Part shown: positions 26,641 through 35,990 of the stretch, in pieces | How positions within the stretch are numbered: position 1 is the stretch's first letter | Layout of the letters: each line of letters starts with the position of its first letter | NCBI GenBank assembly: GCA_963704365.1 | Contig: OY969899.1 | Span: forward strand, 872,421 to 936,420 | Direction of reading: 5' to 3' | DNA length: 64,000 bases | Source of the DNA: Parachlamydiales bacterium | GTDB taxonomy: Bacteria > Chlamydiota > Chlamydiia > Chlamydiales > JAJFMK01 | Notes under the pieces: model-generated | What the model saw: the letters and a program-made list of their open reading frames with translations, nothing else | Told to the model about the DNA's origin: nothing | Database searches by the model: none | Translations under genes and position numbers: made by a program

Positions 26641-26910
26641 ATCAAAGAGGAGAAAACCATTTTACAGCCGAAGGTAGTAAATAATTGGACGCCCGAAGGG
26701 GCTGCAGGGAGCCAAATTTGGGAAAACGAAGACCTCGGCTCTACTGCGTAGGTCGATGGTCCGCCTCTAGGCGCTTGTTCGCTTTATCCAAAGTTGGCCT
26801 CTGCAGTCCCCCCTCGGTTACCCTACTCAAGCTTAGTCGCCCCTTAACAGCATCTTTTTATTATTTCCTGTTTAGGTTGCTATCATGATAATGGGGTAGT
26901 AGGAGAGGCT

Positions 26911-27981
26911 ATGGGCGAAAAAACCGAGAAAGCGACACCAAAGAAGCTGCAAGATGCCCGAAAAAAGGGGCAAGTTGCTAAGGCTCAAGACCTTCCATCG
27001 GCATGGACGTTTTTAGCCTCATTTGGCGCTACTATTGTTTTGACAAATTACTTGTACCACCGAGTGGGTGACTTCCTACAAGGGCTGTTCGGTGCCATCA
27101 ATAATGGGAATTTGGACACGACGGTCGCAAGTGGCTTTTTGCAATCGATTTATCTCATTTTCATAGCTTCCATCCCTATAGCTGCCTTTACCACTTTTGT
27201 CGGTGTTATCGTTACATTCCTCATCACAGGTCCTGTTTTCACCTTTGAAGTTTTCAAGCTGGAAATGAAGAAGTTCAACCCTGTCGAGAACTTGAAGCAG
27301 AAATTCAAGATGAAAACCTTGATCGAGCTGATCAAATCCCTCTTAAAAATTGGTATTGCTACCTACATCGTCTACGACATTGTTTACAAAAGCTTACCGG
27401 TTTTGATCACAACAGTTAAGATGCCTATCACAAGCTCGCTGCTTGTATTCAACCACTTCCTTATTGAAGCTGTTGCTAAATTGTGGTTCCTTTTCATCGT
27501 GATTGCCGTTATGGATTTCATCTACCAAATCCAAGACTTCCAAAAACAAATGAAAATGGAAAAATTTGAGGTTAAGCAGGAATATAAAAATACCGAAGGC
27601 GACCCCCAAATCAAGAGTAAGCGGAAACAAATCGCCCAGGAAATCGCTTACCAAGAAGGACCTGCGGGTGCCGTAAGAAAAGCGCAGGCCGTTGTCACTA
27701 ACCCTACCCACCTGGCAATTGTACTGGCTTACGACCAGACAGTCGATGCTGCTCCCTATATTTTGTATATGGGGAAAGACAAAATGGCCGAACAAGTGGT
27801 AAAACTAGCTCAGGAGTATAATGTTCCTGTAATGCGTAATGTGAGCCTAGCACGAGACCTTTGGGAAAGGGGTGAAATTTACCAATATGTTCCTGAAGAT
27901 ACGTATGAAGCTATTGCTGAAGTTATCCGATGGGTCCGTTCGCTTAATGATGAATATCTTACCACCTCCTCGGAGAATTGA
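26911..27981 (+). CDS. sctU: Type III secretion export switch protein SctU (CdsU/YscU)
   Basis: 356 aa. N-terminal MGEKTEKATPKKLQDARKKGQV, four TM segments, and the autocleavage motif NPTH (VVTNPTHLAIVLAY). Confidence 0.95.
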   Translation: MGEKTEKATPKKLQDARKKGQVAKAQDLPSAWTFLASFGATIVLTNYLYHRVGDFLQGLFGAINNGNLDTTVASGFLQSIYLIFIASIPIAAFTTFVGVIVTFLITGPVFTFEVFKLEMKKFNPVENLKQKFKMKTLIELIKSLLKIGIATYIVYDIVYKSLPVLITTVKMPITSSLLVFNHFLIEAVAKLWFLFIVIAVMDFIYQIQDFQKQMKMEKFEVKQEYKNTEGDPQIKSKRKQIAQEIAYQEGPAGAVRKAQAVVTNPTHLAIVLAYDQTVDAAPYILYMGKDKMAEQVVKLAQEYNVPVMRNVSLARDLWERGEIYQYVPEDTYEAIAEVIRWVRSLNDEYLTTSSEN

Positions 27982-27988
27982 ATTGTAA

Positions 27989-30143
27989 ATGAGTTTAATA
28001 AGAGACGTACTCAACGGAATCACGGCCCGCCTAGGAGGCGAAGCTTCATACGAACGGATTGGGAGAAGTGCAGATATTGTTCTGATTTTGGTCATTATCG
28101 CCATTTTGGCCATGATCATTGTTCCGCTAAATCCCCACGTCATCGACTTCCTCATTGCTATTAACCTCACCATTTCAATGGCCTTGTTGATGGTGGCAGT
28201 CTATATCAATAGTGCACTACAACTATCCATCTTCCCCTCTCTGCTTCTGATTACTACTCTGTATCGATTAGGGCTTAACATTGCCTCCACTCGTCAGATT
28301 CTACTGCACGCCAACGCTGGAGAGATCATTTTCTCCTTCGGTAATTTCGTCGTCGGGGGAAACTTCGTTGTTGGAGGTGTTATCTTTTTAATCATCACCT
28401 TGGTTCAGTTTATCGTCATCACCAAGGGTGCTGAACGGGTCGCTGAGGTTGCAGCCCGCTTTACTTTGGACGCGATGCCTGGTAAGCAGATGAGTATCGA
28501 TGCCGACATGAGAGCCGGTATCATGGATGCCAACCAAGCCCGTGAAAAACGTCTGCTCATTCAGAAAGAAAGCCAGCTTTATGGTGCGATGGACGGTGCG
28601 ATGAAGTTCGTTAAAGGGGATGCCATTGCAGGTATTGTCATCACCCTGATTAACGTTGTCGGAGGACTGATCATTGGGGTATCGATGAATGGGATGTCGG
28701 CCATTCAGGCAGCCCAAGTTTACTCCCTTCTGTCCATTGGTGACGGTCTTGTCTCCCAAATTCCTGCTCTTTTGATTTCCATCACTGCAGGTATTGTGAC
28801 CACACGGGTTTCTTCAGAAAAAGCTGAAATGAACTTAGGCCGTGAAATTTCTGGCCAGATTTTGAACCAACCAAAAGCGTTGATGGTATCCGCCGGCATT
28901 TTGTTGATCATGGCTGCAATTCCTGGCTTCCCTCCTGCTCCTTTCATGATTCTGTCATCTGCGCTGGGGCTTTTAGGCTATTCGCTTTGGTCTCAAGAGC
29001 AAAAAAAGGCCTTCTCGAGCTTCCGGCAGCGGCGCCACAATGGAATCGGCCACGGTCGACACCCCAATTAAGGGTCATAAAGTCATTTCTGGTGGTGGCG
29101 TCGATAGCTATGCACTCACTTTGCCAGTCATTTTGGAAACGGGTAGTTGGCTCACCAAAGAGATCCAAGACGGCCAAAGAGGCGCAAGCTTTATTGACCA
29201 GATGATTCCGAAAATGAGGCAGGCCCTCTATTCAGATTTAGGCGTCCGATTCCCTGGGGTTCACGTCAGGACCGATTCCCCCTCTCTTGAAGAAGATGAA
29301 TATTCGATCCACCTCAATGAAGTGCCAATTGTCCGAGGGAAAGTTTTGAAAGGACATCTTTTAACCAATGAATCTGAAGAAAATTTAAAAAGATACAACC
29401 TCCCCTATACTACTTATAAAAACGCCCTTGGGTTGCCCTCTCTCTGGGTTGAAGATAAATACCAAGAGCTGATGAAAAAGGCTGGCATACGATACTGGAA
29501 CCAGCTAGAAGTGATGATTCTTCACCTCTCCTATTTTTTCCGCCATTACGCCAATGAATTTGTCGGAATCCAAGAAGTCAAATCAATGGTCGAATTCATG
29601 GAAAAATCGTATCCTGACTTGATCAAAGAGGTGACTCGGCTCATCCCTCTCCAAAAAATGACCGATATCTTCAAGCGACTGATCCAAGAGCAAGTTTCTG
29701 TGAAAGACTTACGGACTATTTTGGAAGCTTTAGCAGAATGGGCTCAAACAGAGAAAGATACAGTTCTTTTGACCGAATATGTCCGTTCATCTCTCAAGCG
29801 TTATGTCAGTTATAAATACTCTCAAGGGCAATCGGTTCTTTCAGTTTACATTCTGGATCCTGAAATCGAGGATATGGTCCGGGGTGCTATTAAACAAACA
29901 TCGGCAGGTTCCTATTTAGCCCTCGACCCCGATTCTGTCCAACTTATCTTACAAGCCATGCGAAGCACTGTCACACCGCCTCCTCCTGGTGGACAACCAC
30001 CCGTTCTCCTGACCGCTATTGACGTCCGCCGCTTTGTGAGAAAACTGATCGAAATGGAATTTACTGATATTTCTGTCGTCTCTTATCAAGAGATTATCCC
30101 TGAGATCAAAATTCAACCTCTAGGAAGGATACAGATAAGCTAA
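27989..30143 (+). CDS. sctV: Type III secretion export gate SctV (CdsV/YscV, FHIPEP family), frame interrupted at an A7 tract
   Basis: ORF 27989..29071 holds the FHIPEP TM domain (ARFTLDAMPGKQMSIDAD). ORF 29040..30143 holds the cytoplasmic domain. Removing one A from A7 (29001..29007) joins them in frame as ...WSQEQKRPSRASGSGATMESATVD..., giving a protein of about 718 aa. Confidence 0.9.
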
Positions 30144-30152
30144 TGGATATGT

Positions 30153-31313
30153 ATGGCTGATATTCCTAATGTTTCTTCTTCTATGGAGAGGATCATGCAA
30201 GCTGCCTCCACCACAAAAGAGGCAGAGACAGCCCAAAAGCTTGCCCAGACGGAATCAGAAGCCACTTTAGCAGAGACACTTAGCCCAACAGCCTCTCTTC
30301 GTCCGGGTCGTCAAATGGATATTAAATCCCGAAGCAAAGATGCTATAAAGGCTGAACTTGCCAAAGAAAAAGGGATGAATTTGCCGATCCAAGAGATTGA
30401 GAAAATGGCCGACGAGTTCAATCGGAAAAACCCAGAACTCGACACAAAAGTCCTCCTTCTTTTACGAGAGTTAATCAAAAAGGGAGATTCTCCAGAAAAG
30501 ATCCTAGAAACAATCCGGAAGTATTTTGAAGATGTCAGCCTGATGGATGAGGCGCTCGATTTCCTCCTCGCTACTTGTAAGGATGAGCTTAGAGAAGAAC
30601 TTTTAGAGGCAAAACGTTCTTTAAATCAATATTTTGGCCGAGAAATTGCAGCAGGTAAGAATGTCCAAGATGCGGCACTTGAAGCTTCTCGAGAAGGGCT
30701 GGATACCCCTGCCAGCCTCCGCGATCTTTACAGGAATATCACCGGTACACCAAGAGAAACAACAACCTTATTTGAAGAGCTAGCCAATAAATACTCCTAT
30801 AAGAAATTGCGCGAAGTCATCAGGTACCTTCTACACTCTGTGGGAAGTGATTTGAAATCGAAAGGTCCTTCGATTCCTAAAGGGTTGTTGCATAACCTAC
30901 TCAAAGAGGTTCGCGGCTTACAAGCCATCTTAGGGCTCTATAATTTTTTCAAAGGAAGGATGCCCCTTTTGAAGAAGCTGCTCGATAAAGAAAAAATTCC
31001 AGTCCCTTCAGAGCTCACTTTTGAGGCACTTGCCAAACAGTTCATGGGCCTTGTCGATGACCGGTATCCAAGCCCAGAAAAGATTTTGCAAAGTGCAGCT
31101 AAACTTGGTATTGACAAATCAATCATAGCGAAAATTTACACCTTCTCTCAAGAACGGGATGCTGTAAGAGAAGTGGCATTCAATCTTATTTATCGTTCAT
31201 TAGACCATAGAGAATCTGTCAGTAAAGCGCTGATCGGGGCTTTAGAGTCTTTAGAAGATGAGTTAGATGATCTGATCGCAAAACAAGAAGAAGAAGCTGA
31301 GGATGATTTTTAA
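30153..31313 (+). CDS. copN: T3SS gatekeeper CopN (SctW, YopN/InvE/MxiC family)
   Basis: 386 aa with a HrpJ-like region (LRDLYRNITG...FEELANKYSYKKLREVIRYLLHSVGSDLKSKGPSI...LLKEVRGLQAIL). Follows sctV, as copN does in Chlamydia. Confidence 0.8.
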   Translation: MADIPNVSSSMERIMQAASTTKEAETAQKLAQTESEATLAETLSPTASLRPGRQMDIKSRSKDAIKAELAKEKGMNLPIQEIEKMADEFNRKNPELDTKVLLLLRELIKKGDSPEKILETIRKYFEDVSLMDEALDFLLATCKDELREELLEAKRSLNQYFGREIAAGKNVQDAALEASREGLDTPASLRDLYRNITGTPRETTTLFEELANKYSYKKLREVIRYLLHSVGSDLKSKGPSIPKGLLHNLLKEVRGLQAILGLYNFFKGRMPLLKKLLDKEKIPVPSELTFEALAKQFMGLVDDRYPSPEKILQSAAKLGIDKSIIAKIYTFSQERDAVREVAFNLIYRSLDHRESVSKALIGALESLEDELDDLIAKQEEEAEDDF

Positions 31314-31771
31314 TGGAAAGTCCATTTGATGGCCTGATGGATGAATTAGGCAAAATTTTAGAGACAAAACTCCATCCTGATCACCTCAATGTCTGTCGCA
31401 TGCAATATCCTGACGGACTGATTGTTCAAATGGAAGTCGATCGAGATGAATCAAGGCTATTACTGGGAAGTAAAATAGGGACACTCCCCCCAGGTCGTTT
31501 TAGACAAGATTTTCTCGAGCAAACTTTAAAAGGCCATACACTCGACTTCCGTGTTGGCACCTTTGGTTATGCGAAAAAAAGTGGTGATCTCTATCTGTAT
31601 GCCTATTTGCCCATGAAGAATATCAGTGCAAAGCAGGTGGCCGACTTCCTCGGGCCGTTCATCGAAAAAGCAAGGCTTTGGTCCAGTTCTTTAGCTGCAA
31701 ACAGGATACCGACTCTGGATACTTCAGACACCTCTAAAAAGTCATCTGGGATGTTCGGTCTTGCTTCCTAA
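31313..31771 (+). CDS. scc1: Class I type III secretion chaperone (Scc1/SycE/CesT-like)
   Basis: 152-aa protein with the CesT-like pattern (LMDELGKILETKL..D..NVCRM.....IVQMEVD.....LLLGSKIGTLP). ATG overlaps the copN stop. Syntenic with scc1 of Chlamydia. Confidence 0.7.
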   Translation: MESPFDGLMDELGKILETKLHPDHLNVCRMQYPDGLIVQMEVDRDESRLLLGSKIGTLPPGRFRQDFLEQTLKGHTLDFRVGTFGYAKKSGDLYLYAYLPMKNISAKQVADFLGPFIEKARLWSSSLAANRIPTLDTSDTSKKSSGMFGLAS

Positions 31772-33236
31772 CCGGCACGGGATTGCCCTTCCTATCACCT
31801 GTTTACACTCTAAAGATAGCTGTGGGAACGGCGAAATCCTTGATTTATTGCCCATTCTTGACTGGATGAAACAGGTAGGGTTCGACACTCTACAGCTCCT
31901 CCCCTTGACCGATTCTGGAGCCGATTCAAGCCCCTACAGTGCCATTTCAACAACTGCCATACACCCGATACTTCTTTCTCTTCATGCCCTTCCCAATAGA
32001 AAAGAAGAGTTACCAAAATTTGAAAAGTCCCCAAGATTTAACTATGGACAAATCAGAGAGGCCAAGCTGGCTTGGATTAAAAGGTATATCCTCACCCACG
32101 AACATGCCTTGCGCCATGAAGAAGCCTACACCGAATTTCTAGAATCGACCCCGTGGATCTATCCTTATGGCAAATATGTCGCGCTGAAAGAGAAAAATGA
32201 AAATAAGCCCTGGTGGGACTGGACAAGCTTTGAGGTAGCAGAAGAGGAGATCCGGCACCACATTCTTGTCCAATATCTCCTTCATCAGCAGTTAAAAAAA
32301 GTGGCTGATGCTGCAAAGGAAAAAGGGATCTTATTGATGGGCGACAGCCCTCTTCTCCTTTCCAGAGATAGCGTTAAATACTATGAATATAAGCACCTCT
32401 TTGTAGAGGGGGCGACTGTTGGTGTGCCACCCGATTATTATAATGCAGAGGGGCAATCGTGGGGATTCCCCCCCATTAACTGGCCAGAGATCCACAAAGC
32501 CAACTACCCTATTTTCACTGAAAGGCTCGCAGCGGCACAACGTTATTTTAGCCTATTTCGGATCGACCATATCATCGGATTTTTTCGTCTCTGGTATATC
32601 CCTGATGGGAAAACCCCAAGAGAGGGACATTTTGTCCCAGGAGACTTCCAAGAAGCTTTGAAGCAAGGCGAATATCTAATCCGCTGGATGATCGACCACA
32701 CTCACATGAAAATGATGGGAGAAGATTTAGGGATCATCCCTCCTGAAGTACGTTCTGTGATGCATCAACTAAACGTTCCCGGTGTCCGGATCATGCGCTG
32801 GGAAAGACGCTATTACTACGAGGGGCACCCCTTTATTTTAGCCGATGATTACGACACCATCAGCATGACAAGTTTAAGCACCCACGATTCGGAGTCACTG
32901 GCTGAGTGGTGGGAACAATTTCCTCATGACGCCAAACTTTTTGCCCACACCTTTGGTATTCCCTACCATGAAAAGGTTTCGCTACATATGCGGGAAATGA
33001 TCCTTAAACTCAGCCATCACACATCGAGCCAGTACCACGTCAATCCCCTTCAAGAATATCTCGATTTAGAACCTAAATGGTCGTTTGAGAATCCTTCACA
33101 AGAGCGGATCAACATCCCAGGCACCATCTCCCCCTTCAATTGGACCTTTCAGGTCATTCCCCCTGTCGAAGAGTGGACCCAAGATGCCCACTTTGCCGAA
33201 AAAGTTAAGCACCTTTTACCCTTACCTTCTCTTTGA
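31761..33236 (+). CDS. malQ: 4-alpha-glucanotransferase (amylomaltase)
   Basis: GH77 motifs: GIALPITCLHS, QLLPL, FRIDHIIGFFRLW, MGEDLG, STHDS. TTG start is uncertain. Confidence 0.9.
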   Translation: MLPNRHGIALPITCLHSKDSCGNGEILDLLPILDWMKQVGFDTLQLLPLTDSGADSSPYSAISTTAIHPILLSLHALPNRKEELPKFEKSPRFNYGQIREAKLAWIKRYILTHEHALRHEEAYTEFLESTPWIYPYGKYVALKEKNENKPWWDWTSFEVAEEEIRHHILVQYLLHQQLKKVADAAKEKGILLMGDSPLLLSRDSVKYYEYKHLFVEGATVGVPPDYYNAEGQSWGFPPINWPEIHKANYPIFTERLAAAQRYFSLFRIDHIIGFFRLWYIPDGKTPREGHFVPGDFQEALKQGEYLIRWMIDHTHMKMMGEDLGIIPPEVRSVMHQLNVPGVRIMRWERRYYYEGHPFILADDYDTISMTSLSTHDSESLAEWWEQFPHDAKLFAHTFGIPYHEKVSLHMREMILKLSHHTSSQYHVNPLQEYLDLEPKWSFENPSQERINIPGTISPFNWTFQVIPPVEEWTQDAHFAEKVKHLLPLPSL

Positions 33237-33328
33237 TATTCAATGGTTTAATGGGGATTTTTAACTCCTTTAACCCTCTTAATAACCTCTTGATTTGAGC
33301 TCACTAACCTGGAAATGAGGTAAAAGTT

Positions 33329-35452
33329 ATGTCTGACATATCTACTTCTAGAGTATCCGGTGACTTCCAACCCCCCCTAAAAAGGGAGGTTGAACTGCAA
33401 ATCCATCAGCTTAAAGAGGCCGGCAAAGCACGCGACATCGAAAAAATAAAGCAGCAAATTGAGCAAGCTAAAAAAATTAACACCAGCGTAATTCAAGCCA
33501 TTGGTTCTTCAGAAAGTACAGAGAGAGCGGAACTTCTAACTTCAGCAAAAGAGCTTATTAGAGAAATAAAAGCTTTAGAAGGTTTTCAACTAGATTTGGA
33601 ACCAAAGAGAAGCGAAATTTGGGTGGGCAAAATTATCACACGGCTCCTTTTTATCGCCGCAAAACTTGTTTCCCCTTCAAAAGGTCAAAAGCAACTCGCG
33701 CATGCTATAGAAGCGGCTGAAAAAGCCCTCTCCAATCCAAATGAGACAATTGAACATCTAAAAAGCCATCTAGAGTCAATAACGGAGCTTCGAAAGCAAA
33801 TATCTTCTAAGAAGGGTGGAGGAGGAGTGATTTTCGACCTCTCCGCGCTGTGCCTGAATCGACTAACTTTTCATATTGGCTATGCTGAAGGGGAAAATCC
33901 TTACCTTAAATTAAGTAAGGCGGAACAGGCAGAGTTGTTGCTTCAAGAAGGTAAAAGCCCTCAAACGATTGACGATGTAAGGTTAGCCGATTTTAGAAAA
34001 GAGGCAAAAAGTCAACTTAAACCCTCTGACATTCAAATAGGGAGGGATACTACTATAGACACCATTGTCGATGAGCTCGGCGCTGCCCTCGCTCAAGAAG
34101 ATGACCTGTTCCTCGAAAGTTTAATCAGTCAGTTTAAAAATTTTCCCCACACCCTTGATTCTGTAGAATTAGCAATCCATAAATACCCCCTCATTGAAGC
34201 TAGACTTATAAAACTCCCTTCCTGGCAAACAGCGATCGAGTATCGCAAACTCTCAAAAGTTGGAATCCCTGAGTCAAGCTTAGATCAGTGGAAACAGCTC
34301 ATGCAACTAGCCACTCCCATCGACAAACGATTTTGGGAACAGTTAAAAACATTGAGTGATGCGGAAAGAGAGTTGATCCTAGAATTTTTTCCTAATAAGA
34401 AGGCTGAAATACTCAGAGAGGCCAATCGTCTAGCAGAACTTCCTCCTTCAGAAGAGACCCATCTATTAGCTACTGCCCTGCCAACGGTAGAAAAGCTTCT
34501 CGAAGAAGAAGAAGGATCTTTGACTGATCCATTTGTCACTTTATTTTCCGATGCAAAAGCTGCAGATTGGAGAAACAATCGATCTATTCATGAGATCGCC
34601 CCTGATAAAATTTTTGAGAATCCATTAGAACAGGCTATCCATCTAAAGGCCCTAGATAGATTAAGCCAACACATTGTTGATGATTTCAAAACAAGTCTAA
34701 CGGAACTCAAAAACAAGCAATCACCTGGTAGTTGGTATTCAAAGGCCAATGGAATGCTGAAGAATGATTTGCCACTCCTACAAGCAATTCAAAAGACTTT
34801 AGGAATCAAAGGGGTGGATTCCCTTATCTCCACCTATCAAACCCTTGTCGATGATCTAAAAGTTTTCTCTCAACTTTCCGAGGCATCGATAGGAGCTGAA
34901 GTCAAAGCTTTTGAGGGGAGGCTAGCCGGAGTGAAAACTTACAATGACTTACTAGCACTTGAAAAAGATATTCTCAAAGTCGACCAGAAAGCTTTAGAAG
35001 ATGAAATCACCCGGTTAAGGGAGAGCAACCCAGATCTTGCTCAAACTTTAAAGAGCACATTAAACCATGGAGCCGCTATACGAGAAAGATTAACCAAAAG
35101 CCTTTTAGGTGAGATTCGCAAGCAGAAAGAGGCTATCAGCTCTATTGCTATGGTTTCAAAAAACTTGAGCGCATCTACTTTAAAGTCCCCAGGATTAAGC
35201 AGTATCAAAAAAGGGTATGAAGGATTGTTAAAAGAAATAGACCCCAGAACAATTCTTGAGAGGGGTATACAACTTGAAAGAGAATCCAAAGCCTATTTAG
35301 CCCAAAATAAAGGGGATAAAAATTTTGAGAGTCTGCGAGATCAAGCTCGTCTGACGATCACTAATGCAGCGAACTCTCTGATGAGAACAGCTAAATTACA
35401 AGAATCTCAGGACCAAGTCTTAAAACTCATTCAAGATCTCCGCTGGAAATAG
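33329..35452 (+). CDS. Hypothetical coiled-coil-rich protein (707 aa)
   Basis: Long ORF with an AGG-containing Shine-Dalgarno-like sequence (AATGAGGTAAAAGTTATG). Highly charged helical sequence. No recognised domain. Confidence 0.6.
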   Translation: MSDISTSRVSGDFQPPLKREVELQIHQLKEAGKARDIEKIKQQIEQAKKINTSVIQAIGSSESTERAELLTSAKELIREIKALEGFQLDLEPKRSEIWVGKIITRLLFIAAKLVSPSKGQKQLAHAIEAAEKALSNPNETIEHLKSHLESITELRKQISSKKGGGGVIFDLSALCLNRLTFHIGYAEGENPYLKLSKAEQAELLLQEGKSPQTIDDVRLADFRKEAKSQLKPSDIQIGRDTTIDTIVDELGAALAQEDDLFLESLISQFKNFPHTLDSVELAIHKYPLIEARLIKLPSWQTAIEYRKLSKVGIPESSLDQWKQLMQLATPIDKRFWEQLKTLSDAERELILEFFPNKKAEILREANRLAELPPSEETHLLATALPTVEKLLEEEEGSLTDPFVTLFSDAKAADWRNNRSIHEIAPDKIFENPLEQAIHLKALDRLSQHIVDDFKTSLTELKNKQSPGSWYSKANGMLKNDLPLLQAIQKTLGIKGVDSLISTYQTLVDDLKVFSQLSEASIGAEVKAFEGRLAGVKTYNDLLALEKDILKVDQKALEDEITRLRESNPDLAQTLKSTLNHGAAIRERLTKSLLGEIRKQKEAISSIAMVSKNLSASTLKSPGLSSIKKGYEGLLKEIDPRTILERGIQLERESKAYLAQNKGDKNFESLRDQARLTITNAANSLMRTAKLQESQDQVLKLIQDLRWK

Positions 35453-35660
35453 CCAAAAGCACTCTTTGAATAAAACGATTTTATTAGGATTGACCATCAT
35501 TTCTTTAAGTATACCGGGATCATTCTCAAGAGAAATTGCAAAGTTTGCAGCTCCTAATCTATTCACATTGTCAAAGCAATTGTTCCAGACTTGCAAATTA
35601 GGATCATTGAGGTCTAACTTCTTTAATAGCCGAAGGCTATCCATTCCATCCTACTCATCC

Positions 35661-35982
35661 CATACGCATCAACCTAAGCCTAGAGGTAGATGCTAAGCTA
35701 ATTAACCACAAATAGATGGAATAAAAAAAGAGTAGAATATCAGAGTCGATTATTCTAGAAGGGGCAATTCAAAATCCTCTCTCTGTGCTCTCTGTGAGCT
35801 CTGTGGTAAAAAATAAAAAAAAGATCACCACAGAGCTCACGGAGAGCACAGAGAGTAATCTTGGGCCTTTCTTCGAAGATTTAAGCCGTTTTTGACTAAA
35901 TTGTTTTCTAAACGGTTCTTTGTAAGTAATTTGCTTTTAACAGATTGTTGAGAAATTGATGTTCCTTAAGTTGATGCGTATG
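35661..35982 (+). mobile_element. MITE-like non-coding repeat, copy 1 (322 bp)
   Basis: Terminal inverted repeats CATACGCATCAACCTAAG (35661..35678) and CTTAAGTTGATGCGTATG (35965..35982). An internal 29-bp-arm hairpin (about 35778..35855) has one mismatch. No ORF. Repeated at 39725..40074 and 55536..55828. Confidence 0.8.
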
Positions 35983-35990
35983 CGCTTCTA

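Noticed and set aside
28340-28378. Apparent tandem duplication GNFVVGGNFVVGG in SctV
   Set aside because: The FHIPEP family consensus itself reads FG.FVVGGN..(V/I)G (e.g. FlhA FGHFVVGGNYAIG). This is the normal conserved motif, not a recent duplication.
35420-35696. ORFs 35420..35644 (-) and 35466..35696 (+) between the 707-aa gene and MITE copy 1
   Set aside because: They overlap each other and the neighbouring gene and MITE. The minus-strand one has a faint LRR-like flavour (LKKLDLNDPNLQV) and might be a relic disrupted by the MITE, but the evidence is insufficient.
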